A stretch of 64,000 nucleotides of DNA, from positions 1-64,000 of the IMG/VR virus record IMGVR_UViG_3300013232_000197. One strand, given 5' to 3'. This DNA is from a virus. Taxonomy: Duplodnaviria > Caudoviricetes. Within the stretch, counting starts at the first letter, position 1, and every line of letters starts with the position of its first letter. The translations under genes and the position numbers were made by a program. Shown here piece after piece: positions 35,391 to 45,393 of this stretch. Below the pieces are notes generated by a model, which saw nothing but the letters and a program-made list of their open reading frames with translations, was not told the origin of the DNA and made no database searches.

Positions 35391-35762
35391 ATGACTTACG
35401 GCACCGACATTTGGACTGACGCACTTCAAGAGGAAGCGAAATCTAAAGAACCACGTCCCCTATGTGTTGTTCGTTTGACTACTTCGGCATGGAGTGATGG
35501 CAATGGTGTTCATATCAAGAAGACCCTTCGCTATTTGCGAAAGCAGTGCCAAGGGTACAACATTCTTGACGAGGACTGTTCCAATGGTGGGGTAAGTGAA
35601 ACTGTAAAGCGCATTACCAACCTCGATGAGTGTGAGGATGGTGTCTATAAAGTCGTCACTTGTAATGAGTTTGCCGCTTGGGAAACCCCTAACATAATAG
35701 AAGATTATGATTACGAATTGATACCTTATGAAATACTTAAGAAGGCGAAGGGTTTGGCTTAA
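35391..35762 (+). CDS. Hypothetical protein
   Basis: 123-aa ORF. Confidence 0.65.
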   Translation: MTYGTDIWTDALQEEAKSKEPRPLCVVRLTTSAWSDGNGVHIKKTLRYLRKQCQGYNILDEDCSNGGVSETVKRITNLDECEDGVYKVVTCNEFAAWETPNIIEDYDYELIPYEILKKAKGLA

Positions 35763-35765
35763 AAT

Positions 35766-36104
35766 ATGACATCAACTAAATATGGCAACGATCACTTCTG
35801 GGCTTTCATTGAAGATGGATGGAATGGCAAGGAAGTAGCTGTTTGGAAAGGCCCCGAAGGGCAAGAAGAAATCATTGCCCGTGCCAAGGACAAGTACGAA
35901 GCAAAACTCATAGTGGATGCTTTGTTGAACTATGTCCACATTGAGGATAAGACCAAGTTTGGCAAGAAGGAATCGGCTTTCTTGGAGTTTGTTATGGCTA
36001 ATTGTGTTGAGCCATATGCCACGATGGCATCAAATGCTTTGTTATGGAATGACCGAGAAGCATATGAGAAACTAAAAACGGATTTCCCAACGATATACCA
36101 ATGA
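35766..36104 (+). CDS. Hypothetical protein
   Basis: 112-aa ORF. Confidence 0.65.
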   Translation: MTSTKYGNDHFWAFIEDGWNGKEVAVWKGPEGQEEIIARAKDKYEAKLIVDALLNYVHIEDKTKFGKKESAFLEFVMANCVEPYATMASNALLWNDREAYEKLKTDFPTIYQ

Positions 36105-36264
36105 CGCCGTTTATCACAGTATCAAGAGGAATGTGTGGGTTTTATATTTGTCTTGCGGATGACGCAGGACCAATCGAACGATTGGAAAATTGGAATTACG
36201 ACACGTATGATGAATGTGCCATAGAAGCAGAAAAATTGGCCAATGCCTACAATATAAGATACCT

Positions 36265-37446
36265 ATGAGTAATAAAAACTTTTACTTCACCGACCCTTTG
36301 ATTGGCCAAGGACTTCCAGTCCTGACCAAAAACGGAGCAATTGCCAAGAAGCGATTGGCTGATTACATTGAGAAACTCCTTCTGGAAAGAAACTATACGC
36401 CGCTGGCGACACCGCATATTGGAAACTTGGCTCTGTTTGAGAAGAGTGGGCATTATCCTTATTACAAGGAGTCAATGTTCCCTCTTATTTATGAACACGT
36501 CAAAGATGGGCAACCCAATCCTTATGATCGTTTTGTTCTAAAACCAATGAACTGCCCGTTTCATATCATGGCTTACAAGGATATGGGTGTGGTATCCTAT
36601 AAGGAACTACCCGTCAAGTTCTATGAGTTTGGGCAAGTATATCGCAATGAAGATTCGGGTGCTCTCAACGGATTGCTACGTCTCCGCTCCTTTACTCAGG
36701 ATGATGGACATCTCTTCTGTATGATGAACCAGATACATGAAGTAATGGAAGAGTGTATTGTACTGGTGCGTATTATCTGTGAGAAGTTTGGATTGAAAGT
36801 GGTTGCCAAGTACTCCAAGCGGGGAGACAATAAAGAGAAGTATATCGGTGATGGTGCTTCTTGGGGTGCTGCTGAAGATGTTATGCGCTCGGTATGCTAC
36901 AAGAACTTTGGAGACGATTACCAGATGGATGTTGGCGGTGCGGCCTTCTATGGACCAAAGATTGATTTTGCTGCCAAAGATGCGATGGGCAGAGAGTGGC
37001 AACTGGGTACCATTCAACTGGATTTCAATCTACCTAAACGCTTCGATCTACATTTCATTGACAACGATGGAAGTCAGCAAGTGCCGGTGCTAATTCATCG
37101 GGCATTGCTTGGGTCTTTGGAAAGATTCTTGGCTATTCTTTTGGAAAACGATTGTCTTCACGAACATCTTCAGCCCTTCAATATGGGAATGATTTGGATT
37201 GGGGGAGGGAAGGATTATTTCGATCTTATCGTTTCAGAGTCGAAACGACGTGTTCATGTTTATCCAACCATCATTGAGATGCCCAATAATCTAAAAGAAG
37301 CGATGGCCAAACTGTTTTCCAAAGGTATCAGTAACATTGTTATCATTGGCAAAAAGGAAGAAGAGGCACAGACCGTGAACTTCAATAAAACTGCATTTTC
37401 GCATGAAGAATACTTTGATCATGCGAGTAGAAAATTTACCCTATGA
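36265..37446 (+). CDS. thrS: Minimal threonyl-tRNA synthetase (catalytic core + divergent anticodon domain; no TGS/editing domain)
   Basis: SGHY, KPMNCPFH, RNE.SG.L.GL.R.R.FTQDDGH, AFYGPKID, WQLGTIQLD, HRALLGSLERF. Confidence 0.92.
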   Translation: MSNKNFYFTDPLIGQGLPVLTKNGAIAKKRLADYIEKLLLERNYTPLATPHIGNLALFEKSGHYPYYKESMFPLIYEHVKDGQPNPYDRFVLKPMNCPFHIMAYKDMGVVSYKELPVKFYEFGQVYRNEDSGALNGLLRLRSFTQDDGHLFCMMNQIHEVMEECIVLVRIICEKFGLKVVAKYSKRGDNKEKYIGDGASWGAAEDVMRSVCYKNFGDDYQMDVGGAAFYGPKIDFAAKDAMGREWQLGTIQLDFNLPKRFDLHFIDNDGSQQVPVLIHRALLGSLERFLAILLENDCLHEHLQPFNMGMIWIGGGKDYFDLIVSESKRRVHVYPTIIEMPNNLKEAMAKLFSKGISNIVIIGKKEEEAQTVNFNKTAFSHEEYFDHASRKFTL

Positions 37447-37781
37447 AGAATATTAACTTGACTTTAACACCGAAACAGTATAACCTTCTCGTTGAAATAT
37501 TGGAGGAAGTCTCCGACACCCGTTCTGACTGCGGATGTAATGATGTGTACGAAGAAGAGCTTCGTATGTTTTCGGGGAAAGAACTACAAGCAGTCATAGA
37601 GTCAATGGGAAAGGGATATGCAAGGAGTCAATACCGGGAATGGAAGCAAGAATCCCAAGCCGGTAACATAGAAGGCACTTGGGAAGATGCACTGAAAGGG
37701 GGATGGGGATTGTTTGATACGTCCTTCATTACCTATTTGATTTCGGTAATTAAGCAGCAGGCGAAAGAGAGCAATGAATAA
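37443..37781 (+). CDS. Hypothetical protein
   Basis: 112-aa ORF. Confidence 0.65.
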   Translation: MKNINLTLTPKQYNLLVEILEEVSDTRSDCGCNDVYEEELRMFSGKELQAVIESMGKGYARSQYREWKQESQAGNIEGTWEDALKGGWGLFDTSFITYLISVIKQQAKESNE

Positions 37782-38469
37782 AGGATATACCATTCCAGTT
37801 TTGGACCACGGGTTCGTAAGGTACATTGACCATATGGGGTCTGACGAGCGTATTTGTGAGGCAGCACGCATTTCCTACAAATCACCTTCCAAGGGAAAGG
37901 AACAAGATAAGAAATTGCTGGAATATTTATGGAAAAATAAACATACCAGCCCGTTCGAGCAATGTAACATTACGTTTGACATTAAACTTCCATTGTTTGT
38001 ACAAGGTCAAATGGTACGACATAGAACGCAACGATTAAATCAGGTGTCTGCCAGATACACCGAAATGACCGAAGAATTTTATGTACCCAACGAATGGCGA
38101 AAACAAGATGATAGGAATAAACAAGGAAGTGTGACGGATGAAGGTTTACCACACGATAAAATTAAGGAGATGGTATCAGGATTGTGTAAGTATTCCTATG
38201 ACCACTATCAATATTTAATTGGATATGGTGTAGCAAGAGAAATGGCCCGAATGATTCTTCCTCAAAACCTTTATACCGAAATTTATTCCAATTGGGATTT
38301 ACACAATTTAACACATTTCTTTACGCTTCGATTGGATAGTCACGCCCAATGGGAAATTCAACAATATGCCAAAGCAATGTATGATATTACTAAAGAGATT
38401 TATCCGTGGACTGTAGCTGCATATGATCGCTACAAATGGAATGTGTTGGATTTAGGTGAAAATATATGA
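37774..38469 (+). CDS. thyX: FAD-dependent thymidylate synthase
   Basis: HTSPFE, RHRTQRLNQVSARY, EMARMILP, LRLDSHAQWEI. Confidence 0.95.
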   Translation: MNKGYTIPVLDHGFVRYIDHMGSDERICEAARISYKSPSKGKEQDKKLLEYLWKNKHTSPFEQCNITFDIKLPLFVQGQMVRHRTQRLNQVSARYTEMTEEFYVPNEWRKQDDRNKQGSVTDEGLPHDKIKEMVSGLCKYSYDHYQYLIGYGVAREMARMILPQNLYTEIYSNWDLHNLTHFFTLRLDSHAQWEIQQYAKAMYDITKEIYPWTVAAYDRYKWNVLDLGENI

Positions 38470-38514
38470 CATTTTCGTTATTCTACATATATTTATTAGT
38501 GGAGGATAACAATT

Positions 38515-39087
38515 ATGTTTATTAGAGAATTTTACTATACATCAAAGGATGGACGCAAGCGAATAAAGTGGGAATACAAATGTGATATTTGTGGCGACAA
38601 AGGCACATCGGATAAATACAACCTTTGCAAAAGCATATCACATAAATGTAAAGGTTGTAACAACAAGATTGAAGGTAAAAAGAAGAGGGGGAAATCTACT
38701 TCAAAAAAAGGTAAAAGTTTTCTATCCTTGCAGCGAGAAAACAGTGCTTGCTGGAATGGAGGAAGATATGTCAACAGCGGGGGGTATGTAATGGTATTAG
38801 TTAAAAGCGGGTCCACTCATAGAAATAGTGGATGGGATAACTATCGCCCAGAACATATTGTTGTAATGGAAAAGTCATTGGGACGAAAACTAAATAAAAA
38901 TGAATGTGTCCATCATATTGATGGAAATAGACGGAATAATATGGTTGGCAATCTTGCTCTAATTACTTCTAATGAACATCACCGAAAAACACATATGTCA
39001 CTTCAAAAAATTGGATATGAGCTTTATAAACAAGGTAAAATTTCCTTTAATCGAAAAACCAAAGAATATGAAGTGGAAGTAATATGA
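38515..39087 (+). CDS. HNH homing endonuclease
   Basis: EHIVVME..LGR.L...ECVHHIDGNRRNN...NL. Confidence 0.9.
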   Translation: MFIREFYYTSKDGRKRIKWEYKCDICGDKGTSDKYNLCKSISHKCKGCNNKIEGKKKRGKSTSKKGKSFLSLQRENSACWNGGRYVNSGGYVMVLVKSGSTHRNSGWDNYRPEHIVVMEKSLGRKLNKNECVHHIDGNRRNNMVGNLALITSNEHHRKTHMSLQKIGYELYKQGKISFNRKTKEYEVEVI

Positions 39088-40745
39088 AAACCACTATTGG
39101 CTCACTAATCAGAAAAGAACTGAAAACCCCCGACTCTCCAATGAGTAAAGCGGTTCGGGAGTTTAGAGCGTATGCCAAGATTGCCAAGGTCAACCCGAAG
39201 CAATGTAAGATGTCCGTGGGACTTTTGGGTGAAAGATTTCATTATTCTCTTTACATTCCATCGTGGAGACGATTTGACGAAAGAAGTAGTTATGGTGTGA
39301 CAATAGGATACCTTTTACATCTAACAGATTACCCATCATGAAAATAAAAACTGAAATTTCCACATTGCCACAATTTCACGTCAAAATCATTCGCACACAT
39401 AGCGAAAATGTTACTCGTGATCGAGACCCCAATGATGAATGGGATAACGATGATATTTCCCACGAGCATGACATTCAGGGATTTGAAGTGGTAGATGAAA
39501 AAAGTGGATGGGATTTTGTATTGAATGAAAAACCTTCGGGTGATTGGCATTTGATTTGTGCCTTCCATTCCTCGGGCGATTCTTTCCATTGTGAAGATAA
39601 CTGTCTTTTACTTGTTTCTTTCGTCAAACATATGGAAGACGCTGAAATAATACTTGCTGCTATTGAAAAGGATTACAAGGCATATCAGGAAAAACAAGAG
39701 TGGAAGCACGAACCTCTTAAAGTTCATCTTCCAGTTGCCAATAGAGAAGAACAAATCTATACTGGTACTTGGAAAGGTTACTTTGAGCGTTTACAATCAG
39801 TCGAAATTAAGACCCTCGGTGCTACGAGAAAAGTTACATTTGCTTCCAGACACTATCGCAGGTAATATGAAACAACTAATCTTTTCACCGCAGCCAAATG
39901 CTACTCCTGATGAAGTAATGCAGGTGCTCAAGGTTATTATCATTCCTCTCTCTCCCTATACCACACAAGATTTGCTGATGGAAACTTATGAAGCTCTTCC
40001 ACCGGAAGCAAAGCGACATTTTAGAATAGAAGAACCCAAATGAAATCTACCAGCAAACTTATTCTTCTGAAGGATATGGATAGTCTGACTATATCTCTTC
40101 TCAAAAAAATTGCCCATCAACGTTTGAAAGAAATTTTGAAAGATAAAACATTTCCATTCAAAGTATCACACGATATAAACGAGTGGGTGGTTCGGGCAGA
40201 CTCAAACGGCGATGTTGTATTATTAGCACCTTATTATGAATTACAATCAATTAAATCAAATTCACGATTACTGGTATGAGGACGTAGCTCCTCATTTAGT
40301 CCACCAATACACGGTTACTTCGTTTGATGATTACTTGAGAAAGTTTTCATTTCTACCAAGTGGGAAATGGTTGCGTGATATGGAAAACTTGAAATTAAGA
40401 CGAGTAATCTTTTTGGTTGACCCCGTAAAGTTTGCTAAGAAGTACAAAGAGTTTTGTGTCACATACAATGCCCCCGTCAAAGTAGAGGATGGGTTTCAGA
40501 GAGTTATTTATCAAATTTCACCGACGATGCATATTGAGGCGGCTTTCTATGTGTGGATCGAGCATAAAATAGTACAATCCTACGTCACAGTATTTGTTTG
40601 TTACGATGTCAGTGTAGAAAAAGAATATGCAACCCTTATCAAGGACTTGTATAAAATCCGTCGAGAAGGTAACACTGAAGATAAACCAAAATCGGTGGGG
40701 TTTGCTGGTTTCCAAGATGTTGATGCAGAGGATAATACAAAGTGA
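39084..40745 (+). CDS. Run of five hypothetical ORFs (39084-39341, 39338-39865, 39867-40043, 40040-40279, 40236-40745)
   Basis: Tightly abutting or overlapping ATG-started ORFs; no recognisable motifs. Confidence 0.6.
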
Positions 40746-40788
40746 GATGGTACTTGACTTTTTCCTGGAATGGAGTAAACTGCACACC

Positions 40789-42054
40789 ATGAATCAAACA
40801 TCACTGTTCACATTTCAGTTGCCCACACTCTATGCTCGTGCCAAAACGGGTGCTGTCCTTACGTGGGACATTGAGATTGAGGGTAACAAGTTTCGTACTA
40901 TTACTGGACAAGAAACTGGAGCTAAAACGACTTCTGCGTGGACCATCTGCGAAGGCAAAAACCGTGGTCAATCCAATGAAACAACGGATGAACAACAAGC
41001 CAATGCCGAAGCGGATAGCAAGTGGAAGAAGAAACTTAAGTCGGGTGGATATTTTGAGGACGTGAAGGACATTGACAAGCCATTGTCTTTCATTGAGCCA
41101 ATGCTTGCCTATCCTCTTATCAGCAAGAAAACAGATAAGAAAACCAAGAAAACCATCATCATTGACCGCACTCCTTATGTGGTGCTTCCTGTAATGCTTG
41201 ACCGCAAGTACAATGGAATGCGTCAGGTGGCTTCGGTCGTTGGCCCGTATTCTCGCAAAGGTGAGGAAATCAAAACTGCCCCTCATATCTATGATGCTCT
41301 CACTCCATTGTTTGAGAAAATCCCGACCTTGGTATTGGACGGAGAGTTGTACAACCACGAGTATCGTCATAAGTTGAATGAACTTATCCACATTGTCCGT
41401 ACCACTGCGGACCATAAGATTACTCCCGAATTGCTGGCCGAAAGCGAACGTGTTGTCCGCTACTATGTGTATGATGGATATGGGTTTGAATGCCCCGAGA
41501 ACATCAAGGTTATGGATAGCGGGATTCCCATAATGGGTATGGTTGCGGGAAATCTTGTCACGGAGAATACTCCCTGTGCATTGCGACGTGAAGCATTGAA
41601 GGTGCTGTTGAAAAATGTACCTTACATTGTCGTAGTTCCTTACTTCATGTCTAAGACAATGGAAGAGGCAAAGGAACTCTATGGTGACTTCATTGAAGAC
41701 GGATACGAGGGAGCAATCCTTCGCAATGCCAGTGCGCCGTACCAGCACTTCCGTACCAACGACTTGATCAAACTCAAGCCATACGAAGATATGGAAATCG
41801 TCATTCTTGATGTCATTGATCCCGGCTCTGGTAACTGGGGAGGTACAGGAAAAACTGCTTCTGTCCGCATGGACAATGGCAAAGTATTCAATGCTACCTT
41901 CAAAGGTGGGCGTGAGACTTTGGCCAAGATTCTCCAAGAGAAGGATAAGTGGATTGGTCAAAAAGTGACCATCACTTACAATGGGTGGACGGGCAAAGGT
42001 TGTCCCAACTATGCCCAGATTGATCCTAACAACTGTATGGTGGGAGACCGATAA
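40789..42054 (+). CDS. ATP-dependent DNA ligase with N-terminal accessory domain
   Basis: RKYNGMR motif I, LDGELY, YDG, YEGAILR, LIKLKP. Confidence 0.92.
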   Translation: MNQTSLFTFQLPTLYARAKTGAVLTWDIEIEGNKFRTITGQETGAKTTSAWTICEGKNRGQSNETTDEQQANAEADSKWKKKLKSGGYFEDVKDIDKPLSFIEPMLAYPLISKKTDKKTKKTIIIDRTPYVVLPVMLDRKYNGMRQVASVVGPYSRKGEEIKTAPHIYDALTPLFEKIPTLVLDGELYNHEYRHKLNELIHIVRTTADHKITPELLAESERVVRYYVYDGYGFECPENIKVMDSGIPIMGMVAGNLVTENTPCALRREALKVLLKNVPYIVVVPYFMSKTMEEAKELYGDFIEDGYEGAILRNASAPYQHFRTNDLIKLKPYEDMEIVILDVIDPGSGNWGGTGKTASVRMDNGKVFNATFKGGRETLAKILQEKDKWIGQKVTITYNGWTGKGCPNYAQIDPNNCMVGDR

Positions 42055-42058
42055 ACTT

Positions 42059-42514
42059 ATGACCAAAACATCATACCGATTGTATATTTTGATGCGGAAT
42101 GATCTTCCGTCAATGAATCCTGGCCGAGCAATGGCCCAGGCGGCTCACGCTGCCAACCAGTTTATACATGAGCATGGTAAGTGTGCTGATGTTCGAACAT
42201 GGCAAAAAGATGCCAATGGGTTTGGTACAACTATTTGTCTCTCAGCAAGCAAGTCTGACATTTTTCGTATTGTAAGGGAAGCGAAGCACATAGGGGTTCC
42301 TGCGGAATTGGTATTTGATCCCACATACAAATACTCAATGGATTCCGAAGTGGCACAGTTGGTACATTCAAGTACTTTTACTGCCGACCCAGTTTTTCAA
42401 TCTAATGGTCTGGTGACTCTTTTCAGAAAAGAACTCACTTGCGGCTACTTGTTCGTTGACAGCAACAGTACCGATAAAGAAGCACTGGTGGGTGCTCTGC
42501 CACTCCACCCATAG
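42059..42514 (+). CDS. Second Pth2-like protein (TAG stop)
   Basis: LYILMRNDL.SMNPGRAMAQAAHA, GTTICL, ...L.L.P C-terminus. Confidence 0.7.
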   Translation: MTKTSYRLYILMRNDLPSMNPGRAMAQAAHAANQFIHEHGKCADVRTWQKDANGFGTTICLSASKSDIFRIVREAKHIGVPAELVFDPTYKYSMDSEVAQLVHSSTFTADPVFQSNGLVTLFRKELTCGYLFVDSNSTDKEALVGALPLHP

Positions 42515-42527
42515 AAACTATGTCTAT

Positions 42528-43010
42528 ATGCCGTCACAAACTCCACAGAAGAAGTCTCTCTACAATCGTAGAAAGTATTGGTATCATGTTTCAACAACCT
42601 TGAAAGGAAAACACATTCGTCTTATCCCTTGGGGAGAAGATGAAGCATCCAATCGTAGTGGTGACGAGCCGAGAGGTAAACGCATTTGTGTTGCACCAAC
42701 TGTAGAGCAATGTATTACGGCAATCCCCTATTACATGGCTACAGTTTGTACAATTTATCGTACAAAATCACCCGTCGAAGCGCATCGGCCAAAAAACGTA
42801 TTTGATTCTAGGGTGACAAACGAAGGATGGTTGAAACATCCAACTAACTTCGTGAAGATAGGTATATTGAAGTTTCAAGATGTAGAAAGAGGTATCGGGG
42901 TGAAAGACGTGATTAGCGAGGCGGCATCGAGTGATGACATTAAATATTCCAAAGAAGTGTTGGCATGGTGGAAAAAGGCCAAGATAAAGAGATTCATCAA
43001 AAGAGCTTGA
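42528..43010 (+). CDS. Hypothetical protein (possible ADP-ribosyltransferase-like fold)
   Basis: WYHVS...RICVAPT...T.EGW spacing; fold call is weak. Confidence 0.5.
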   Translation: MPSQTPQKKSLYNRRKYWYHVSTTLKGKHIRLIPWGEDEASNRSGDEPRGKRICVAPTVEQCITAIPYYMATVCTIYRTKSPVEAHRPKNVFDSRVTNEGWLKHPTNFVKIGILKFQDVERGIGVKDVISEAASSDDIKYSKEVLAWWKKAKIKRFIKRA

Positions 43011-43044
43011 CATTTAACTCCAATCAGCTATAATGTGCGGCACA

Positions 43045-43611
43045 ATGATTAAATATCTCCATCTTGACTGTGAAATGGGCGGTAGAGACTTGAAGTACTC
43101 CTTGCTTACTGCCGCTTTCATTGTTACTGATGACCAGTTCAAAGTCCTTGGGTCAGTGTACCTCAAAGTAAAGCCAGATGATGGAGATTACATTGTCAGC
43201 GGGCAAGGCATGTTGGTTAACAAGATCAACTTGCAAGAACACGATAGGGTTGCTTTGCCATATAAACAAGCCAAGCCTCTGCTGTACGATTTTCTAAAGG
43301 CGCATGGTGCTGGTTGCCGACTGACTCCTGTAGGTCATGGTGTGAAGGGAGATATTCAGCATATCTTAGACAAACTGATCTCTGAAGGTTCGTGGGAGCA
43401 GTTTTGTACCTATCACTACATTGACACCAGTGTTGTCTTGCAATTTCTCCGTGCTTGTGGTAAGATGCCTCAAGATACCGATGGAAGCGTTCAGGCGTTG
43501 GCAAAATATTTTGGATGTAACATTCTGCCAGAGAAGTTGCACGATGCGTTGTATGATGCGGAATTGACATCTCTGGTGTACAAACACATGGTAAACCTCG
43601 GAAAGCAATAA
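43045..43611 (+). CDS. DEDDh 3'-5' exonuclease
   Basis: HLDCEMG, GHGVKGD, YIDT, LHDALYD. Confidence 0.85.
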   Translation: MIKYLHLDCEMGGRDLKYSLLTAAFIVTDDQFKVLGSVYLKVKPDDGDYIVSGQGMLVNKINLQEHDRVALPYKQAKPLLYDFLKAHGAGCRLTPVGHGVKGDIQHILDKLISEGSWEQFCTYHYIDTSVVLQFLRACGKMPQDTDGSVQALAKYFGCNILPEKLHDALYDAELTSLVYKHMVNLGKQ

Positions 43612-43615
43612 GAAT

Positions 43616-43810
43616 ATGAAAGACATCCTCGGAATCTTAGCAGTTTTGTGTATTGTCGTTGCTGTAGCCATCGGCGGATGGAAGCTTGAGCGGTATATCA
43701 ATTATAAGTGGGAATATGGGCCGCTTATCCAAGCAGAAATCAAACCATTGACTGAGCGCATCCAAAAACTGGAAGCCGAAGTGCAAGTTTTGAAAACGAA
43801 CAAGTTTTAA
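43616..43810 (+). CDS. Small membrane protein
   Basis: N-terminal hydrophobic helix, coiled tail. Confidence 0.6.
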   Translation: MKDILGILAVLCIVVAVAIGGWKLERYINYKWEYGPLIQAEIKPLTERIQKLEAEVQVLKTNKF

Positions 43811-43814
43811 GAAT

Positions 43815-44486
43815 ATGTTATTGAATATCAGAGAATCCGAAGAACAGAAAATCTATGTTAGCTCAGATTTCCATCTGGGACACCAGAGGGATTTTGTATG
43901 GCAAGCTCGTGGATTCACCGATGTTCAGTCGCACGATACGGGAGTTATTGATTCTGTCAATGCTCTTGTGCGCCCGAATGACATTCTGTTGTTCCTCGGT
44001 GATTTCTGTCTTAACACCACATTGGAACAATTTGATGCTTATTTGGCACGATTCAATTGCCAGAACATATGGTGCATATGGGGCAATCATAACAACCCAC
44101 ATGAGAAGGCTATCTTTCGGAAGGCGATGCCGACTATATCAATGAATGGTCGCATGTACGATGTGGAAACATATCCCTTCAAGTACAAAAACATTGTTCA
44201 CTGGGGGTACTATGCAGAAATGGTTCTCAATGGTCAATACGTCGTGTTGATGCATTATCCCATTTACATTTGGAATGAAATGGCGCATGGAGCATGGATG
44301 CTTTGTGGCCATTCTCACTATGGATGTCCATTGACCAAGGCCGATAACCTTTATGGAAAGATACTGGATGTTGGTTGGGATGGATACAAGAAACCGTTGT
44401 CGCTGAACGAGATTGCTGCCATTATGAACAACAAGCAATTCGCAGCAGTTGATAACCATCACATAAACAAGCAGAAAGTAGCGTAA
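43815..44486 (+). CDS. Calcineurin-like metallophosphoesterase
   Basis: SDFHLGH, LGDF, WGNHN, MHYP, CGHSH, DVGWD. Confidence 0.92.
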   Translation: MLLNIRESEEQKIYVSSDFHLGHQRDFVWQARGFTDVQSHDTGVIDSVNALVRPNDILLFLGDFCLNTTLEQFDAYLARFNCQNIWCIWGNHNNPHEKAIFRKAMPTISMNGRMYDVETYPFKYKNIVHWGYYAEMVLNGQYVVLMHYPIYIWNEMAHGAWMLCGHSHYGCPLTKADNLYGKILDVGWDGYKKPLSLNEIAAIMNNKQFAAVDNHHINKQKVA

Positions 44487-44490
44487 GCAT

Positions 44491-44745
44491 ATGAAAGACA
44501 AAAAATTCAGCATTCTCTGTATTTTAGGAGTTATTTGGTTGCTACTCTTCATCGCAGTTGGTGAAGGTATCCGCCCTCTCCGAAACGTATGGTTTATGGT
44601 ATCTGCCATAGGTGTTTGTTGGTTTGCCTACTGGACAATATCATTTATCCGTAGTAAACCACCAACAGAACCAACAGAACCAACTCAGGAGGAATCTCCA
44701 AGTGCCAACGCCTCGAAAATCACCACAAATCCCCCGAAGTCGTAA
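44491..44745 (+). CDS. Two-TM membrane protein with PTE repeats
   Basis: Two hydrophobic segments; ACCAACAGA tandem repeat. Confidence 0.6.
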   Translation: MKDKKFSILCILGVIWLLLFIAVGEGIRPLRNVWFMVSAIGVCWFAYWTISFIRSKPPTEPTEPTQEESPSANASKITTNPPKS

Positions 44746-44818
44746 TCTGGACAATCTAGGTTTCAACTACGGATATAGCACACAAGAAATAAGTCAACCA
44801 AAAGAAACAAACAGCAAT

Positions 44819-45253
44819 ATGAGTAACAATCCAATCAAACTGATAGTCAGCGGTATCGTCCTTCTCGTCGCCAATGCGTTGTATGCGTGGGAAGATGCCA
44901 CCTACAATCGGGTTGGTTTCGTGGCCAAGGGAAGCAATCTGTTTACTGAACATTACTCTGGCGTTCAAGCCGACGTGCCGGATGACAGTGACCCTAGCAC
45001 TAAGCTCAACACTGAGTTGATCAAGACCCTTCAGGAAGCTGATGAAATCCTTATCACTGGCGAAGCGTTGAGCCATTGTGTGGCCAATACCGTTACTGAT
45101 GTCGCAACTCAGTTTGGCCCCGATAACGTTAAGAAGTTCACTCTCCTTGAGGATACTTCGTCCAACGTGTATCAATGCGAAGCCCTCGGCAAAAACTTCG
45201 TGAAGACGATGATGGCCAAGGGAATGCGTATCACCACAACCCGGGATTGGTAA
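44819..45253 (+). pseudogene. C-terminal half of a nicotinamidase/isochorismatase-like enzyme fused to an unrelated hydrophobic N-terminus
   Basis: KGSN..TEHYS, GEALSHCVANT present; N-terminal IDPQNDF-type catalytic Asp motif absent. Confidence 0.65.
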
Positions 45254-45393
45254 AACAAAGTGTTTAAGCAAATGTTGAAAAGAATCGGCGATGATCCGTG
45301 TGCAATGATAAACCTATTGGTATTGATCGCTATCATTGCAGGTTTGATTCAATACTTCCTTAACGTAAGATAACCAGCAACAAATATAAATAT

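Noticed and set aside
37774-39087. Intron in thyX (and likewise in pncB or the ligases) carrying the adjacent endonuclease
   Set aside because: The neighbouring genes are complete and uninterrupted; the nucleases are free-standing.
40801-42066. 421-aa minus-strand ORF, plus similar long ORFs at 8611-9363, 23995-24555, 31041-31499 and 45649-46188
   Set aside because: Antisense shadows of well-supported genes; no motifs.
16368-42514. Amber-readthrough fusions at TAG stops 16368, 26793 and 42514
   Set aside because: Readthrough meets another stop within a few to about 20 codons and does not join the next gene.
44661-44686. ACCAACAGA tandem repeat
   Set aside because: Encodes a PTE linker in a membrane protein; too short for a functional array.
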